64,000 bases of DNA from an uncultured Solirubrobacterales bacterium. GTDB lineage: Bacteria; Actinomycetota; Thermoleophilia; Solirubrobacterales; Solirubrobacteraceae. The DNA is taken from NCBI GenBank assembly GCA_963726465.1, contig CAVSCQ010000021.1, forward strand, positions 46,599-110,598. The letters run 5' to 3'. Shown one piece after another: positions 61,724 to 64,000 of this stretch (within the stretch, counting starts at the first letter, position 1; the number at the start of each line of letters is the position of its first letter). The position numbers and the translations under genes were made by a program. The notes beneath the pieces are model-generated. The model saw only the letters and a list, made by a program, of their open reading frames with translations. It was not told the DNA's origin and did no database searches.

Positions 61724-62776
61724 ATGGCAACGATCGCGCAACGCGACCCCATCGCTCCCCCACTCCCCATCGGCCCTGAGCCGAAGGAGGCACTGGCGGC
61801 GCTGCAAGCCGTCAGAGAGCGGACGCTCACGCTGATCTGCCATCTGAGCGACGCGCAGCTCGAGGACGTCCTCTCATCGATCATGAGCCCGCTTGTATGG
61901 GACTTGGCCCACATCGCCGCCTATGAGGATCTGTGGTTGGTCCACCGCCATGGCGGCCGGGATCTCTCGAGAGGAGACCTGGCCGAGTTGTACGACGCTT
62001 TCGAGACACCAAGGTCTGTGAGGGGTGAGGTGGAGTTGCTCGTGCCCGCCGAGGCACGCCGCTATCTGAAGGACGTACGCGATCGAACCGAAGAGATCAT
62101 CACAACGGTCGGAATCGGAGACGGGACTGTGTATGAGATGGTGCTGCGCCACGAGCTTCAGCACACCGAGACGATGCGACAGACGATGGCGCTCGCCGGC
62201 CTGCTGCCCGCCGGCGAGCCCACGCTGGGAGCGTTGGGGGGCGAGGACGCCTGGGTCACGGTGCCGGGCGGTCCGTTTGAGATGGGCGCCGGGACCGACG
62301 TGTTCGCCTACGACAACGAGCGTCCTCGCCACACCGTCGAGTTGCCCGCCTTCCAAATCGCCGCCCGTCCCGTCACCAACGCAGGCTGGGCTCGCGTCAT
62401 GGGCGACTCGCCGGACGGACACCCTGATGCACCCGTTTGCCACGTGAGTTGGTTCGAAGCAAGCGAGTTCGCCGAGGCGCAGGGTGCGAGACTGCCGAGC
62501 GAGGCCGAGTGGGAGAAGGCGGCCTCACTGGGATTGCTTACAGGTGTGGGCGAGGTGTGGGAGTGGACCAACAGCCATTTCGACGGGTACGAGGGCTTCG
62601 TGGCTCATCCCTATAAGGAGTATTCGGAGGTTTTCTTTGGTGAGGACTACCGCGTCCTGCGGGGTGGATCTTGGGCGACCAGTCCACGCGTGAAGACGAA
62701 CACGTTCCGCAACTGGGACCTGCCGGTTCGCAGCCAGATCTTCAGTGGCCTGCGCCTGGCCCAGGACGTGGTTTGA
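61724..62776 (+). CDS. egtB: Ergothioneine sulfoxide synthase
   Basis: SPLVWDLAHIA, HELQHTE, DNERPRH, EYSEVFF, RGGSWAT, FRNWD. Confidence 0.85.
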   Translation: MATIAQRDPIAPPLPIGPEPKEALAALQAVRERTLTLICHLSDAQLEDVLSSIMSPLVWDLAHIAAYEDLWLVHRHGGRDLSRGDLAELYDAFETPRSVRGEVELLVPAEARRYLKDVRDRTEEIITTVGIGDGTVYEMVLRHELQHTETMRQTMALAGLLPAGEPTLGALGGEDAWVTVPGGPFEMGAGTDVFAYDNERPRHTVELPAFQIAARPVTNAGWARVMGDSPDGHPDAPVCHVSWFEASEFAEAQGARLPSEAEWEKAASLGLLTGVGEVWEWTNSHFDGYEGFVAHPYKEYSEVFFGEDYRVLRGGSWATSPRVKTNTFRNWDLPVRSQIFSGLRLAQDVV

Positions 62777-62822
62777 TGGTGCGCCCGGCCGGCTCGCCCC
62801 GGCACAGCGAAAGGACAAAGTG

Positions 62823-63851
62823 ATGGAGCCCGTCACAGATCCGCCGTGTGAAGCGCTCGAGCAGAGCACGATCACAATCGACTCCTACCTGCACGAGGGC
62901 CAGGAGCGCTCGCTGGCCGACGACGTGCTCGACGGGCTGACGAAGCCCTTCAAGGAGCTGCCGCCCAAGCACTTCTATGACGCCCGCGGGGCGGAGCTGT
63001 TCGATCAGATCTGCGAGCTACCCGAGTACTACCCTACGCGCACCGAGCGCTCGATCCTGCAACAGGCGGCTGAGCGGCTCGCGCTCACGACCGCCGCCGA
63101 GGAGCTTGTGGAGCTGGGCTCAGGGACCGCCGCCAAGACGAGGGTCTTGCTCGATGCGCTACATAAGGCCGGCACTTTGAAGCTGTACATCCCCGTCGAC
63201 GTGACCGAGAGCATGGTGCGCGACTGTGCGCGAGAGCTGACCGAGGAGTTCCCGGGTTTGCGTGTGCATGGCGTGATCGGCGACTTCGAACGCCATCTCG
63301 ACCGGGTGCCCGTAGCCGAGGGACCCAGGGTGGTGGTGTTCTTGGGCGGCACGATCGGCAACTTCCCGCCCGGCTCGCGCCGGCGCTTCTTGCGCGAGAT
63401 CGCAAAGCTGCTCGGGCCCGAAGACCATCTGCTGATGGGGACCGACCTGGTCAAGGACCCGGAGGTCTTGACCCAGGCCTACGACGACGCGCAAGGAGTC
63501 ACGGCCGAGTTCAATCGCAACCTGCTGAGGGTGCTTAACCGCGAGCTGCAGGCCGACTTCGACCCCGAGGATTTCGAGCACGTAGCGTTGTTCGACCGCG
63601 AGCACGAGTGGATCGAGATGCGTTTGCGGGCTCGCCGTGCCCACACCACGACGGTGCGCGACCTGGGTTTGTCGGTTCGCTTTGAGGAGGGCGAGGAGAT
63701 GAGGACCGAGATCAGCGCCAAGTTCACCCAACAGCGCGTCGAGGACGATCTTTCGGCGGCGGGTCTTGAGATCGTGGATTGGCTGACCGACCCTCAGAAG
63801 CTGTTCGCCATCACACTGTCCCGCCCGTCGCCAGGCGCAGAAGGCGCCTAA
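62823..63851 (+). CDS. egtD: Histidine N-trimethyltransferase
   Basis: LPPKHFYD, EYYPTRTE, ELGSG, GGTIGN, AYDDAQGVT, TEISAKF. Confidence 0.95.
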   Translation: MEPVTDPPCEALEQSTITIDSYLHEGQERSLADDVLDGLTKPFKELPPKHFYDARGAELFDQICELPEYYPTRTERSILQQAAERLALTTAAEELVELGSGTAAKTRVLLDALHKAGTLKLYIPVDVTESMVRDCARELTEEFPGLRVHGVIGDFERHLDRVPVAEGPRVVVFLGGTIGNFPPGSRRRFLREIAKLLGPEDHLLMGTDLVKDPEVLTQAYDDAQGVTAEFNRNLLRVLNRELQADFDPEDFEHVALFDREHEWIEMRLRARRAHTTTVRDLGLSVRFEEGEEMRTEISAKFTQQRVEDDLSAAGLEIVDWLTDPQKLFAITLSRPSPGAEGA

Positions 63852-63942
63852 CTGAGAGGGGCACGACCCTTCCTCCCCACCTCCACCCGCTCCCTTTCTC
63901 CCAAAAGCATCGGAAGGACGACTGGCGGTAGGGTCTGCTCCT

Positions 63943-64000
63943 ATGCGGATCGACGGAAGCGGGGCACTAGTCGTAGGCGGCGCATCGGGACTCGGCGAGG
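63943..64000 (+). CDS. SDR oxidoreductase, 5' fragment
   Basis: MRIDGSGALVVGGASGLGE (GxxxGxG); TAGGGT 8 nt upstream. Confidence 0.7.
   Translation, partial: MRIDGSGALVVGGASGLGE

Overview
High-GC actinobacterial chromosome segment. The gene repertoire points to class Thermoleophilia / Solirubrobacterales (inference). It is mostly housekeeping: glutamine synthetase III, metH, chdC, iscA-bolA-grxD, ggt, ftsZ, rpoD-like sigma, glpX, gnd-zwf-opcA and egtB-egtD. Notable loci: (1) an ApbE flavinylation / MsrQ-like / NuoF-like / ferredoxin operon with a repeat-tethered candidate flavin carrier; (2) a divergent serine palmitoyltransferase plus bacterial ceramide synthase-like pair, near an MCE-less MlaEEF-MMPL operon; (3) three abutting perfect 24-bp CATG-centred palindromes upstream of glnA; (4) a two-copy structured post-stop repeat; (5) a frameshifted pair of giant secreted proteins with a dual-HTH regulator; (6) a parA-ftsZ operon outside the dcw cluster whose FtsZ has a ~155-aa N-terminal extension starting with a ParA-partner-like peptide. 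A c-di-AMP riboswitch and a mazEF-type TA pair are also present. No tRNA, rRNA, CRISPR or transposase was recognised. Several single-base indels suggest assembly errors. All family calls come from motif recognition by eye, not database searches.
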